DNA of 32,000 nucleotides, from the sequence record MN095770.1, one strand, 5' to 3'. The position numbers were made by a program, and so were the translations under genes. The DNA is from Serratia phage Slocum. Every line of letters starts with the position of its first letter. The stretch's first letter is position 1. A model generated the notes under the pieces. It was not told where the DNA came from. It saw only the letters and a program-made list of their open reading frames with translations, and did not search any database. Shown here one piece after another: positions 9,444-19,901 of the stretch.

Positions 9444-12302
9444 TTAGATATAAGCCCAGTCTACGGATTGTTCTCCGTTCTGTCCCTCTGCTCTGATTCT
9501 GGCATTAAGCCCTCGGTTGACACCGAGTTGATTACCATGTGAAGCTCGGTAATCATTTTTATTAAACAGAAGAACGTAGTCATACTTATAAGTACGATCT
9601 AATCTAATACTTCTCAACATAGTACCGTTAAGGTCGGAAATCTCAAGTGTGTAGAACAAACCACTGAAATCTGCCTCCTCAGGAATCTTGTCCCATTTTA
9701 GAAGCATGTCCGGGCCTGCCCACTCTCTAGAGTCGCCAGATACTAAGTTTATAACGATGAAGTTAGGAACTATCGAAAGATTCTTAGCATTATCCATATT
9801 TACGGATAACGTAACAGGGGAGCTTCGTCTTCCAGCTGTGTCTACTGCTCGAATCTCGAACACGTATAAGCCTTTCGGCAACTTAGTAAGCTCCTGTTTG
9901 ATCCTTTCGTTAGGGTTGCCAGATCCACTTACTTGAACGATGTATGGATCTAGTTTGTCTGTTTGGTGGATAGTGTAGTAAAGAATATCAGGACTTAAGC
10001 TAGGAAGCCACGATAGATCACCATTCTTACCAATTAAGCCTTCCTCTGACTTAGCAGGGGTCGGTGTGTACTTGAAGTCTCTCGGAGGAAGGACATTGTT
10101 AGTAACTGGAGGAACCTCGTTACCACTATTGTCCTTCTGCTCGGAGTTGATGAATACGTCTTTATCATACTCCCTCAGCACTACATTCAGTTTGCCGTCC
10201 CTAGAGTTTTCGACGGAATCTACTAGGAAGTACTTCTTATCCCAGCCATATCTCTCATGAGTAAACGATACAGGATCGTTTGGCTCCAGACCTATGTACT
10301 GGTATGGAAGAGTAAAACTAAAATAGCGTGAATAGCGTGACTTCTTAAGTTCGCGTTCAGCCAAGCTTCTAGCACAGTAATAGTTGGTGATGTACGCGAA
10401 AGACAACTGAAGCTTTTTCTCTACGTTCTTATCCTGTGCCTTGTACTTGGAGTTGTAGAACGTCAATGCGTTAGACTTCCAAGCGTATCCCGGTTCAACA
10501 AGTGTGGCCTGAACCGAGTTGTACTTATCCTTACCAGTAGTGTCGTCCAGGGATATATCCCCCAGAGTATCCTTAAGAGTAAGGTTCAGAATTGGCTCTG
10601 CGTACTTCTCCACAGTTAAAGTGTACTGCCCATTGAGACTGTTAAGTGCCCCCTGAAAATGGTCTAGCAGTCCCTGAGTTACTTTAAATACCGACTCAGC
10701 GGTATCCAGTATAGTATTTAGCTGAATAATAGTTCGGTTCGCATTGTTAACCTGAGTTTCCCATCCTATGTACCTCCAGTATGGGACCCACGCAGTTTCG
10801 TAACTCGTATCTATTATATTAAGAACGTCAGCTACTGCACGCACATGAGGAAGACTAACTTCGTCCAGAGGTAGGCCCGCTCCAAAGATAGTAGATGTTA
10901 GATAGTCATATGCTTGCCATGCACCATTCATCGACGTCTTGTCAGTACTCGACTGACCAGCTGAGTTGATTACACGAACCTTTCTACCAACTAGTTCAGC
11001 TTCCACACTAGGAATATTAGTTCTATTCTCCGTAATGGTGAATCTTATGGCAGCGTACGCAGTATCCAGCAACTTGTATCTAGAGTCCCAGTACTCTGGC
11101 CCTTGATTGTTCAGGTTTTGAAACTTAAACCCTTTGGCAGCAGCAATATCAACCAGCACCTGAGCAGCATCTTGGTCTTTCTTACCGTGGAATGTCCAGA
11201 TACGGATATCCCCATTACCATCGTTGTACTTATATTCCTGTCCATGAGTAGAAGGCGACGTGTTGTTGGAACCCGTAGCAATACGTTGCATCGTATCGCC
11301 AATTAAGCGCTTACGACCAAAACAGGTGCGGTCCTTGCTGTCGGCCTCGTCATAGCAGATCATGGGAGTATCGCCGAATCGGAAGTCAAGGAATCCCTCA
11401 ATCTCTCCTTCTGCGAATGCGTAAACAACCCAGATAACGTTTGGGTTGTTATTCTCTGTGTCAGCAAACACTGGTATACCAGGAATTTTCTGTGTACCGT
11501 AAACAACGGGTATGTATTTGGCTGTAAGGTTGAAGTCAATGTCCACTTCTTTAGTAACAGTCTCGTAGTATTCTACTAAACTATACTTCTTACTAAGGCC
11601 AAACAGCTTCTTCTTTGATTCCAGCTTGTAACGTAGTTCCTGAGTCTGGTACTGGGCTAGAATATTGATGCTTTTGTTAGAGTGGAAGAACCCATAGTCG
11701 TCCTGGTACTCAGGACGTTTAGCACCAGATCCAGGAGTAAGTTGTCCGTTGATGATCTCAAGACCACGGTGTGCAGCGTCATCAGTAATTCTACCATTAA
11801 CTCGTTCGAAGTCGTAAAACTGGTTAGCAGCTTGCCAAGTAATAGTGGACGTTCCGCCTTCTGTGGACGAGAATTCTTCCTGAATACCTCCACCGGTCAC
11901 TCGTCCTTGGAAGTAGATCAGAGCACCATTTGTATCTGGATCCATTGGAAGTACTTCACCATTAGTGTCCATTACAGCTTGGTAAATGACTACTTTACGA
12001 TCAATAAACGAAACACCTTCGGATACAAGACGAATAACCTCTTCATCATCCGTACCGGAAAGCGTAAATTGAATGCTACCAACAGTAAGATTTCTATCCT
12101 GCTTGTGGGTAGCAATGGTTTTTAGTTTACCAGCTTTGTATAGAACGCCTTTGTAAAGCACATCACGGAAATAGTCCGTAAGGTAGATGAACATAGGGTT
12201 GGCTATAGTAGATTGTGGTAATTCTAAGCTAAGCAGCCCTGCTGTATTAATTCTGTTGTTACTAGAAAGGTACGTTTTGGCTGCTGGTAAAATCTGCTTC
12301 AT
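9444..12302 (-). CDS. pb3: Baseplate hub protein, T5 pb3-like
   Basis: 952 aa, close to the ~949 aa of T5 pb3 from memory. It sits between the pb9-like and pb4-like genes and has hub-like features plus a C-terminal FN3-like region. Confidence 0.88.
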   Translation of the reverse strand: MKQILPAAKTYLSSNNRINTAGLLSLELPQSTIANPMFIYLTDYFRDVLYKGVLYKAGKLKTIATHKQDRNLTVGSIQFTLSGTDDEEVIRLVSEGVSFIDRKVVIYQAVMDTNGEVLPMDPDTNGALIYFQGRVTGGGIQEEFSSTEGGTSTITWQAANQFYDFERVNGRITDDAAHRGLEIINGQLTPGSGAKRPEYQDDYGFFHSNKSINILAQYQTQELRYKLESKKKLFGLSKKYSLVEYYETVTKEVDIDFNLTAKYIPVVYGTQKIPGIPVFADTENNNPNVIWVVYAFAEGEIEGFLDFRFGDTPMICYDEADSKDRTCFGRKRLIGDTMQRIATGSNNTSPSTHGQEYKYNDGNGDIRIWTFHGKKDQDAAQVLVDIAAAKGFKFQNLNNQGPEYWDSRYKLLDTAYAAIRFTITENRTNIPSVEAELVGRKVRVINSAGQSSTDKTSMNGAWQAYDYLTSTIFGAGLPLDEVSLPHVRAVADVLNIIDTSYETAWVPYWRYIGWETQVNNANRTIIQLNTILDTAESVFKVTQGLLDHFQGALNSLNGQYTLTVEKYAEPILNLTLKDTLGDISLDDTTGKDKYNSVQATLVEPGYAWKSNALTFYNSKYKAQDKNVEKKLQLSFAYITNYYCARSLAERELKKSRYSRYFSFTLPYQYIGLEPNDPVSFTHERYGWDKKYFLVDSVENSRDGKLNVVLREYDKDVFINSEQKDNSGNEVPPVTNNVLPPRDFKYTPTPAKSEEGLIGKNGDLSWLPSLSPDILYYTIHQTDKLDPYIVQVSGSGNPNERIKQELTKLPKGLYVFEIRAVDTAGRRSSPVTLSVNMDNAKNLSIVPNFIVINLVSGDSREWAGPDMLLKWDKIPEEADFSGLFYTLEISDLNGTMLRSIRLDRTYKYDYVLLFNKNDYRASHGNQLGVNRGLNARIRAEGQNGEQSVDWAYI

Positions 12303-12910
12303 AGTGCTTCTCTAAGACTCAATGAAAGTCCTTGATATACGCCATCAGCATTCAGCTCTTGACCGAAAGCATCCGCGTTTAGAATCTTGGTCTGGAATTG
12401 GATACCATTGAATACAGGCTTCTCAGAACCGTTCGTAGTGATGAACAGATCAGGATATACGCCTAATTCCCAGCGGTTGCCAGCATTAACGAACTCTACG
12501 ATCTCATAAACTTTAGGGTGATTGCTGAGTTTGAATATATCCCCAACCCTAGGAGCACCAGAGAGTACGTTGGTATTAGTTAAAATAACAGTTGATCCTT
12601 TCAGACCAGACTGAACAGAAACAAGGTTAGCATCACCACGAACACGGAATGATTCGTAATTCGGAAGTAACACTTCGATAAATTCGCCCTTACGCTTACA
12701 GTTCTTAATAAAGGCGCTGAACAGACGATATTCGGCTTCATAAAGTTCAGGGTATGTAATGTCGATACTCCAGTATTGGGCCGACATCTTCACCTCTTTC
12801 ACTTTACCGTTAGGAAGCTGGTCACGTACTACAGGATCATTGTCCACTAGTTTAGCAGTCTGGAACCCTGGAGCCGCACCCGGATGTGTATATGGGTCAG
12901 GTAATCTCAT
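12299..12910 (-). CDS. pb9: Distal tail protein, T5 pb9-like
   Basis: 203 aa. MRLPDPYTHPG...LVDNDPVVRDQLPNGKVKEVKMSAQYWSIDITYPEL...YESFRVRGDANL resembles T5 pb9 from memory. Its 3' end overlaps the pb3-like start by 4 nt. Confidence 0.92.
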   Translation of the reverse strand: MRLPDPYTHPGAAPGFQTAKLVDNDPVVRDQLPNGKVKEVKMSAQYWSIDITYPELYEAEYRLFSAFIKNCKRKGEFIEVLLPNYESFRVRGDANLVSVQSGLKGSTVILTNTNVLSGAPRVGDIFKLSNHPKVYEIVEFVNAGNRWELGVYPDLFITTNGSEKPVFNGIQFQTKILNADAFGQELNADGVYQGLSLSLREAL

Positions 12911-12934
12911 GTGTTGTCTCCTCTTAATAAAGAT

Positions 12935-12963
12935 ATTATATATAAATGAAATATGTTTGTAAA
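12935..12963 (-). promoter_or_regulatory. Sigma70-like promoter for the pb9-pb3-pb4-p132-ltf unit
   Basis: On the - strand, TTTACA (12958-12963), 17-nt spacer, TATAAT (12935-12940), followed by AAGAGGAGA upstream of the pb9-like start. Confidence 0.75.
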
Positions 12964-12987
12964 GAATATTTTATTAGCGGGCAAAGA

Positions 12988-13013
12988 AAAGGGAAGACAC
13001 GAAGTCTTCCCTT
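12988..13013 (-). terminator. Rho-independent terminator at the 3' end of the tape measure gene
   Basis: Stem AAGGGAAGAC/GTCTTCCCTT with a 5-nt loop. The - strand continues TTCTTTG. Confidence 0.8.
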
Positions 13014-13018
13014 ATTAG

Positions 13019-16000
13019 TTATCTATTGGAGCGTAGTGTTGATCCCTTGTCGTTCAGAGAAGATTCAACCGCGCCCTCGAAGATGTTAGCGTTTTCAAGT
13101 GCGTACTGACGGAAGCTCTTCGCATCCATTGCCTGTACGTTCCACTGGTGGATTACTGTTGTTCCACTACCGCTGCCTGCAGCTGTATCCGATGCACTAG
13201 TTGCTTGCATTGGAACAGATGGAGTAACCAGCTCAGGACCGTGTTCACCCAGCAGGTAACCAACACCTGGAAGCATATTACCACCTTCTGCACGTGGAGT
13301 GAAACTGTTCGCAGAGCCTATCCCTCTAGCCCCTTGAATGTACGATAGTTCACCAGCATTGGCAGATATTGAGGTATCAATAGACTTCTGACGCTCACCG
13401 ATACTTAGGTATTTAGCAGCAGAATCACCTTCTCCACCAGTTGGGGGAGAAGCGGAACCAGCTTGTGCATAAGACATTGCACCGGCTAGGGCAGCGGCAG
13501 CCATCATTGGAATCGCAGGGAATGGCCATGGGTTAGCAGCAGCCATCATTACAGCAACAGCAGTCTGAATTGCGATCTGTTGCTGTGCAGCCTTCTTCTG
13601 CTCTGCAACCTTCTGAGCTTCAAGACGTTTAATCTTGTTCTTAGACTCTTCAGATTGTCCATCACGGTTCTTCTCAGCAGCGATTTCAGCGTCAAGACCG
13701 CTGATACGTTGTTGAGAAGCGTAAGAGAATACAGATGCCAGAGTTTGTGCACCAGCAGCAATCATGGACAGCTTACTTGCAGAACCTTCAGCGAACTGCA
13801 TAACTGTGCTGATTGTGTTACCGATGCTTTGTGCAACACCTGTAGCAGCAGAGTTAATCTCACTTAGCTTAGAGATGGACTGATCGTAGAACGCCATCTT
13901 ATTCTGAGCTTCAGTAAGCGCAGTTTGTTCAGGATCCATTCCGTAGGTAGAGTTAGAAACACCACCAAGGCTAGAGTTAACAGAGTCACGCATGGCACGT
14001 GCTTGCTGTTTCTTCATGTCGTCAATCTGCATTTGCAGTTCAGATACTTTATCTCTAGAAGCTTGGAGCTCTTGTTTATCCAGAACCTGACCATTCTGTT
14101 TAGCAGCAATCAGAAGATCGTTGTAACGTTTCTGCTCAGCATTTACTTGAGCTTGTAGAGTTGCAATAGCACCCAGACCTTGTTGACGAGCCACGATATC
14201 AACACGACCAGCTTCAGCGTTAATATCTTTGGCAGCTTGACCATATAGGGCTTCACGCATCTCACGGTTCAGACCAGCGATCTTCTTGCGAGTGTCATGC
14301 GTCTCTTTCTCACGCTTAGCCATCTTCTCTTGCATAGCTAGACGTTCGGTTTCTATCTCAAGTTGCAGCTTCAGGTTGGCAATCTGGAATTCCTGAGAGT
14401 TCATAGTAGTGTCATTCAGTAACGCGATCTCACGATCAGTACCGATGATCTTATCCTTGATTTCAGCAGTCTTAGCTTCAGTTTTGAAAGTACCGTTCAA
14501 AACGCTGTACTTTTTAGTCTGTAGCTTAACAATCTCATCTTCTACCTTGGCAGAGGCACCATTAACCCGTAAGATCTCTTGGTATGCAGCGATTTGCTTG
14601 TCAAGCTGTGCTACCTCCATGTTACGGATTGCAACGTCGGCTTTCTTAGAATCAACACCTGATTTCTGCAGCTCGTACTTTTTCTTCTCGAGAGCAAGTG
14701 CGTCTTTGTCAAGATCATCCTGAATAGCCTTGATCTTGTTAGCAGCATCCATCTTCTTGTTAAGTTCTTCTTGACTCTTGATACCAAGACCATAGCCTGC
14801 GATAACTTCGTCAACTGACTTACCAGTTTGCTTAGCAATCAGGATAGCTTCTTTACCAACGTCGTTCAGGGTAGCTGCTACTTGTCCTACGTTGTTCTTG
14901 TCCGTCATATCGGACATGGCTTGGACTAACGTTGACGCAGTGTTACGAGCGATGTTGTACTGACTATTCAAGGCATCAGCTAGAGTGTTAACTTTGTCAG
15001 GATCTACGATAGTTTTACCTGTTTGCTCAACGTGCTTCAACAATTCGGGCTGCTCTTTCAGAAGTGCGTTAGTACGCTCTTCCAAGTTGTTCTGGAACTT
15101 AGCACGAGTAGCTAGAGTGTTATCCTTGTCTTTTTGGAGTTGGCTTAACTTAGCTTCAATCTGTGTACGCTCTGCCAGAAGCTTCAACTGATCTTCCGTT
15201 GGTTTAATACCGGCAGCCATACCGCCCATACCCGACTTGTTAGAGTAATCCCACAAGGTAGTAGTAGTTTTGATCCCTTTGTTAACCTGCTCCAAACGCT
15301 TCTCATAGTTATCCATCTCTACGTTGATATTTTTCGACAGCTTCTCCATATCTGCCAGTCCTTTCTTGGACTCCAGGTAAGAGTTGACCATCGCACGAGA
15401 GTTCTTAGGATCAATACCTGCGTTAGTTTGTGCTTGTGCATCTGCGTCCATACCCATCTGAGCCATTCTAGATTGGTAGAACAATGCGTTGACTTGTTCA
15501 ATAACTGGGGCTAAGTAACGAGCAGCAGCCATTTGAACCTGTCTTAAAGCGGAGTTTGCGTTAGCGGCGAATTGCTCCCACGGAGTAGCACGTAGTACTG
15601 AGTCCAGGTTACCAAACAGTTTTGTTGATTGCTCAACAACTGCGTTCGCATACGCTTGTTGTTTCTGATAAGAAGTCAAGCTCTGAATGTTGTAAGTAAC
15701 CCCGGTATTGGCCGCGTTCAAAGTTTTAACATACTTCTCAAATGCTTCGTTCAGACGAATGGTAATACCAAGTTCGTCCATAAGTTCGATTTCTTGCTTT
15801 GAAACACCCTTGATTACACGGTTTAGGGCGTCCGTCATGTCTACACCTAGAACTGCAGCAGCACGACGAGCAACTAATGCGAACTCACCAATTTGTTTAG
15901 AACTAAAGCCGTAAGCAGCAGCGGCAGATGCCTGTCTCATAGCTTCTTCGAAGCTAACTGCATTACCTGTGGCTTCTTGTAACAGACGAGCCAAGTTCTG

Positions 16001-16687
16001 TACTGGAACACCGGAGTCCTGACCTACGATTGTACCGAACTGCATCAGACGGTTCAACTGATCACCAGTTTTCAGTGCATCAAGAGCTGTTTGCAGAACG
16101 AACACGTTAGATGCGATTGCAGCGTACATAACTGGTAAAGTACCACCAATTTTAGCCATCGCAGCGAAGTCACGAGTAGCACCACGAGCGGCACCAGATG
16201 TTGAGGAGATTGCACGACCTGCCTTAACGACTTTGTTACCAAATTCATCAACGCCTTTGCCTGCTTTACGTCCTTTTACTCCAACAGCAACGATCTGGTC
16301 ACCAACTACCTCAAAGGTTCTACTAGTTTCGTTAGCCATCCTCTTCATAGCCTTTTGCGATTCGTTGAAACCTTTAACTACCGTTTCTTCAAATCCGGCC
16401 ATCAGACCAACTAGACTCTCTAAGTGGCTTTCGATAGTTTGTAATGTCTTAGACATACCACCAAACGCCTTATTAGTGTTCATTTTATTAAGCGTACTGT
16501 TTGCTTTCGCAGCTGCACGTTCAATATTCAGCAGAGCTCTTGGGATCTTGTTAAGCTCATCATTAAGTAGCTCTGTACCAGCAGAAGCATTCTCTAAGTT
16601 GTCCGCTAACCCTTCGATTACCTTTGACACTCGTCCTGCGTTCTTCTGTTTTACATCAATCAGTAACTCTCTGATTAGTTTATCCAT
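13019..16687 (-). CDS. pb2: Tail tape measure protein, T5 pb2-like
   Basis: 1222 aa, the size of T5 pb2. Long alpha-helical/coiled segments, hydrophobic segment (AIAVMMAAANPWPFPAIPMMAAAALAGAMSYAQ), and position next to pb9. Confidence 0.93.
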   Translation of the reverse strand: MDKLIRELLIDVKQKNAGRVSKVIEGLADNLENASAGTELLNDELNKIPRALLNIERAAAKANSTLNKMNTNKAFGGMSKTLQTIESHLESLVGLMAGFEETVVKGFNESQKAMKRMANETSRTFEVVGDQIVAVGVKGRKAGKGVDEFGNKVVKAGRAISSTSGAARGATRDFAAMAKIGGTLPVMYAAIASNVFVLQTALDALKTGDQLNRLMQFGTIVGQDSGVPVQNLARLLQEATGNAVSFEEAMRQASAAAAYGFSSKQIGEFALVARRAAAVLGVDMTDALNRVIKGVSKQEIELMDELGITIRLNEAFEKYVKTLNAANTGVTYNIQSLTSYQKQQAYANAVVEQSTKLFGNLDSVLRATPWEQFAANANSALRQVQMAAARYLAPVIEQVNALFYQSRMAQMGMDADAQAQTNAGIDPKNSRAMVNSYLESKKGLADMEKLSKNINVEMDNYEKRLEQVNKGIKTTTTLWDYSNKSGMGGMAAGIKPTEDQLKLLAERTQIEAKLSQLQKDKDNTLATRAKFQNNLEERTNALLKEQPELLKHVEQTGKTIVDPDKVNTLADALNSQYNIARNTASTLVQAMSDMTDKNNVGQVAATLNDVGKEAILIAKQTGKSVDEVIAGYGLGIKSQEELNKKMDAANKIKAIQDDLDKDALALEKKKYELQKSGVDSKKADVAIRNMEVAQLDKQIAAYQEILRVNGASAKVEDEIVKLQTKKYSVLNGTFKTEAKTAEIKDKIIGTDREIALLNDTTMNSQEFQIANLKLQLEIETERLAMQEKMAKREKETHDTRKKIAGLNREMREALYGQAAKDINAEAGRVDIVARQQGLGAIATLQAQVNAEQKRYNDLLIAAKQNGQVLDKQELQASRDKVSELQMQIDDMKKQQARAMRDSVNSSLGGVSNSTYGMDPEQTALTEAQNKMAFYDQSISKLSEINSAATGVAQSIGNTISTVMQFAEGSASKLSMIAAGAQTLASVFSYASQQRISGLDAEIAAEKNRDGQSEESKNKIKRLEAQKVAEQKKAAQQQIAIQTAVAVMMAAANPWPFPAIPMMAAAALAGAMSYAQAGSASPPTGGEGDSAAKYLSIGERQKSIDTSISANAGELSYIQGARGIGSANSFTPRAEGGNMLPGVGYLLGEHGPELVTPSVPMQATSASDTAAGSGSGTTVIHQWNVQAMDAKSFRQYALENANIFEGAVESSLNDKGSTLRSNR

Positions 16688-16701
16688 TTATTTTACCCAA
16701 T

Positions 16702-16732
16702 AAAAAAGCTCTGGGCTATTACACCCAGAGCT
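16702..16732 (-). terminator. Rho-independent terminator between tail-assembly ORF and tape measure gene
   Basis: On the - strand, AGCTCTGGG-TGTAATAG-CCCAGAGCT followed by TTTTTATT. Confidence 0.85.
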
Positions 16733-16781
16733 AAAGCCTCATCGTGGAACGCCCAGTGGAGGAACTTGTAAAGAATAAGCT

Positions 16782-17102
16782 TTACTTCTTAGGCTTATTC
16801 TTAAGTTTTTTCACTTCAGCTTCGATTCGTTTACCAGAAGACTGTACAGCATAGTAGTCGAATATGGTAATTACATCTAAGATGAAGCGTTTTTCTTCAG
16901 GATCTTCTACATCGTACATTCTATACAGCATTTCTAAGGGCGTTAAGTCCTTACCGATGTAGTGTGGCATCTCCTGAGGGATGTATGTGTCTCTCAATTT
17001 ATTATATATAGTAGCCGCCGTTTCGACGATTTCTGGAAAATCAGAAAACTCCAACGGAATAAGTTCAGGATCAGGTTCTATTCCCTGCGCTTCACACAGC
17101 AT
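16782..17102 (-). CDS. Tail assembly chaperone candidate encoded upstream of the tape measure gene (ORF may extend to 17180 using TTG, or be reached by frameshift)
   Basis: In-frame ATG at 17102-17100 is preceded by AAGGAG (17112-17117) with a 9-nt spacer, whereas the track start at 17180 is TTG without a clear SD. Acidic/helical small protein directly upstream of the TMP. Confidence 0.6.
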   Translation of the reverse strand: MLCEAQGIEPDPELIPLEFSDFPEIVETAATIYNKLRDTYIPQEMPHYIGKDLTPLEMLYRMYDVEDPEEKRFILDVITIFDYYAVQSSGKRIEAEVKKLKNKPKK

Positions 17103-17184
17103 CAGGTATTGCTCCTTGGTTACGCTGTGTGTGCTCTTGTTATTTGCCTGCTTTGTGAACCGTTCAACTGCTGATATCAAGTCG

Positions 17185-17592
17185 TTACGACTTGATTGAA
17201 CGAAATGAGTCTAAGCTGAACACGGTAGAGTTGATGAATTCTTCGAAGCTAGAAGAATTCTCCATCAGCATTTGAGCGTTGTCAATGCTGAATTCAACTT
17301 CGGTTTCAGGATCGTGGCCTTCACTATCGATCAGTAGAATCTGGTCAACATAAGCAATGGTCAAACCTTCCCAACCAACGATAGCCTGAGCAGCAAAGTC
17401 GCGGTTAAATTTCTCGGTATCCAGTTCCGTGATAACACGTCCGTTAGCCATCTTCGAAACTTCGGCGCCTTTGAGGATACGCTTAGAAGCCGAACGAGAG
17501 ATGTGACGCACTTTCAGTTTGAACCCTGGCAGACCTGGGTAGTCAACTTCGATTTCACGGGTATCAATAGCAATTTTCTTTAGATCGATCAT
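17185..17592 (-). CDS. Tail assembly protein (possible chaperone)
   Basis: 135 aa (MIDLKKIAIDTREIEVDYPGLPGFKLKVRHISR...), two genes upstream of the tape measure gene, in the usual G/GT slot. Confidence 0.65.
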   Translation of the reverse strand: MIDLKKIAIDTREIEVDYPGLPGFKLKVRHISRSASKRILKGAEVSKMANGRVITELDTEKFNRDFAAQAIVGWEGLTIAYVDQILLIDSEGHDPETEVEFSIDNAQMLMENSSSFEEFINSTVFSLDSFRSIKS

Positions 17593-18491
17593 TTGTTTTC
17601 TCCATTAAAAACAAGTGCTGGACTATCAGGTGAGTCAATTGGAATTACATCCCAACTAACTGTGTAGACGTCAGCGTGGTTTAGGCGTTTGGTAACCCTA
17701 GTACTAGGGAAATCCACAGTTAAGTATTTAGTTTGAACAGTAAGTGGCATACCCATCACTGGATCTAGACCATCTACAGCGTCACGAGCATTACGGTGCA
17801 CTAAGTAGAAGTTCATTGCAGCAGACATGTTCATCTCATGTACTATTGCTCTTTTATTAGAGTACATTGAGTTGATATCGTGTATACTTCTCTCATATCT
17901 CCAAGAGCACTGCTGCTGGCAAGAGATAGCTACATCGATTAGGCCCGGAATCTCCAAACTGTTCGTCATAACACGAACCGGAGAGTATGGCATAACAGCA
18001 CCTTGTGATACTGAGAAACCATCCAGGAAACTTGTTACCGGCTTAAACGACGCTGCTTCGATACCGATCTGGAACACCAGAACCTCTCGGTTAAGGTTGA
18101 AGTCCACATTGGCAATATAACATCTTTCGAAGTATGTGCATCGATTATCTGGATTTATTATATATATATTTACGAAAATCGGCTCGACCGAATTAGGGAC
18201 ACTAGGGAATAAGTACCTGCTACCTTGATTAACCCTATTGAATCCTAGCCACTCGAAGAACTTGCCTTCCAGGAAGTTCGTAGTGAGGTTTACGGTAAGC
18301 GAGATATTCGTTGGGTTTTGACCAACAATCCGTGAGTCCTTGTAGTTCGTGTGCTTATGAATCGTCTTTCGTAAAGTTTGGAATTCTTCGTAGGACGTGT
18401 CAGCATTGAAGTTGGCAAGGGCGTCGAACTGCAACGCCCTTCCCTCGTACTCCACAACTACTTTAGACTCTCTAATTAGAGAGTATTTCAT
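17589..18491 (-). CDS. Tail tube-like/baseplate tube protein (T5 p140-like candidate)
   Basis: 300 aa, located between the tail tube gene and tail-assembly ORFs. Assignment rests on synteny and beta-rich sequence only. Confidence 0.55.
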   Translation of the reverse strand: MKYSLIRESKVVVEYEGRALQFDALANFNADTSYEEFQTLRKTIHKHTNYKDSRIVGQNPTNISLTVNLTTNFLEGKFFEWLGFNRVNQGSRYLFPSVPNSVEPIFVNIYIINPDNRCTYFERCYIANVDFNLNREVLVFQIGIEAASFKPVTSFLDGFSVSQGAVMPYSPVRVMTNSLEIPGLIDVAISCQQQCSWRYERSIHDINSMYSNKRAIVHEMNMSAAMNFYLVHRNARDAVDGLDPVMGMPLTVQTKYLTVDFPSTRVTKRLNHADVYTVSWDVIPIDSPDSPALVFNGENK

Positions 18492-18501
18492 AGTTTTCCT
18501 A

Positions 18502-19875
18502 TTATGGTACAGTTACCGCACAAGTACCAACTTTGTTACTACCATCAGTAGATGTAGCAGTAATGTTAGCAGAACCAGTTGCGATAGCAGTTACACGACC
18601 CATGCTGTCAACAGTTGCAATGTTAGGTGCGCTTGAAGCCCACTTAACTGCAGGGTAGGTTGCATCAGCTGGCGCGATAGTAGTAGTCAGACGCTCAGTT
18701 GCACCTTTAGCTAGACTTAGGGTGGTTTTGTTCAGAGTAACAGTAGTCACCGGCTTAGCAGCGTTGTCCGGGTTACCAGTTGCGATAACGTTATTGATCA
18801 TCGTAGTGGTGAACGCATTACTCATTACAAGGTAACCTTCATCACCAGTATCCAGGTCGGTTGGAATAGCTTTGAATTCAACAGAAGTACCTAGCACATC
18901 GTCAGTTTCGATAGAAGGCAGAGATACCTGTGCTTGCTTAGCTACCAGAACCACACCAGGACGAGGCTGAGCGTAAGAGCCTCCTAAGATAATAGCAATT
19001 TCGAACTTGTTAACTGCTTTCAGCTCAGCCAGCAGATCTTTGTAAAGTTCTGCAGTACCGGCAGTCTTATCGTTCAGATAAGCAGTAAGTGATCCAGTCA
19101 GTTCGAAGGTACCGGTGAAGGAACCAATTGGAATGTCAACGCGGGACATTACGTCTGGAGTCAGGTAAGTAATGTTGTTGTTGATTGTAAAAGAACCACC
19201 AGTGATGGGCACATCGTAAACCTTACCAGTTTCCATGTTGCGCATATTCAGGATAGTCAGCTTGTTCTTGATGTAAGACGCTTGAATTTGGGCGTACAGT
19301 GCATCAGTCATTCCAATCGCATCAGCGTCGAATGGTGCGGTATCCAGTTTCTCTAAAAGAGTGCCGTTACCAGACCAGGATACGCGACCAATGTCGTCGA
19401 TATCAACTTGAACTTCTGCTTGACCAACTTGGCAATTGTTGATCTTGTACCAGACTTTGTCAGTCAGGATGTAGATCTGAATCATTGCCAATTCGTGATA
19501 GGCGTTATCTTTGAAGTTAACTCCCATGCTCTTGGCAGTAGAGGTCACACCGTTACCTGCGGACAAGTTCAGAGGGCCGCCCTGAGACAGGCCGTACCAC
19601 AGTAAGTAGTCGGGGGTTAAAACTCTATTTGCATCCAGGTAAGGCAGCAGATAAGTTGAGAAACTCCAATCCGCTGGGTTAAGCGAGTCGTTGAAACGCT
19701 TAGAACCACGAGTTGGGCGTGGCCCCGCTTCGTTTACAGTAATATCGGTGTTGTTACTATCTTGGCTGAACGATAGGTCGTCTTGAACCAGAATCTCTTG
19801 GGTGTTCGCCTTAGTAAACCCGGTAGTAACTGTACTAACGAATACTCTGGAACTACGTAGTAATTGTACAGACAT
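18502..19875 (-). CDS. pb6: Major tail tube protein, T5 pb6-like, with C-terminal Ig-like (BIG_2-type) domain
   Basis: 457 aa versus ~464 aa in T5. C-terminus VTTVTLNKTTLSLAKGATERLTTTIAPADATYPAVKWASSAPNIATVDSMGRVTAIATGSANITATSTDGSNKVGTCAVTV is a canonical BIG_2-like pattern. Confidence 0.9.
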   Translation of the reverse strand: MSVQLLRSSRVFVSTVTTGFTKANTQEILVQDDLSFSQDSNNTDITVNEAGPRPTRGSKRFNDSLNPADWSFSTYLLPYLDANRVLTPDYLLWYGLSQGGPLNLSAGNGVTSTAKSMGVNFKDNAYHELAMIQIYILTDKVWYKINNCQVGQAEVQVDIDDIGRVSWSGNGTLLEKLDTAPFDADAIGMTDALYAQIQASYIKNKLTILNMRNMETGKVYDVPITGGSFTINNNITYLTPDVMSRVDIPIGSFTGTFELTGSLTAYLNDKTAGTAELYKDLLAELKAVNKFEIAIILGGSYAQPRPGVVLVAKQAQVSLPSIETDDVLGTSVEFKAIPTDLDTGDEGYLVMSNAFTTTMINNVIATGNPDNAAKPVTTVTLNKTTLSLAKGATERLTTTIAPADATYPAVKWASSAPNIATVDSMGRVTAIATGSANITATSTDGSNKVGTCAVTVP

Positions 19876-19901
19876 TTAGTTATTCTCCTAATGACTTGCT
19901 A

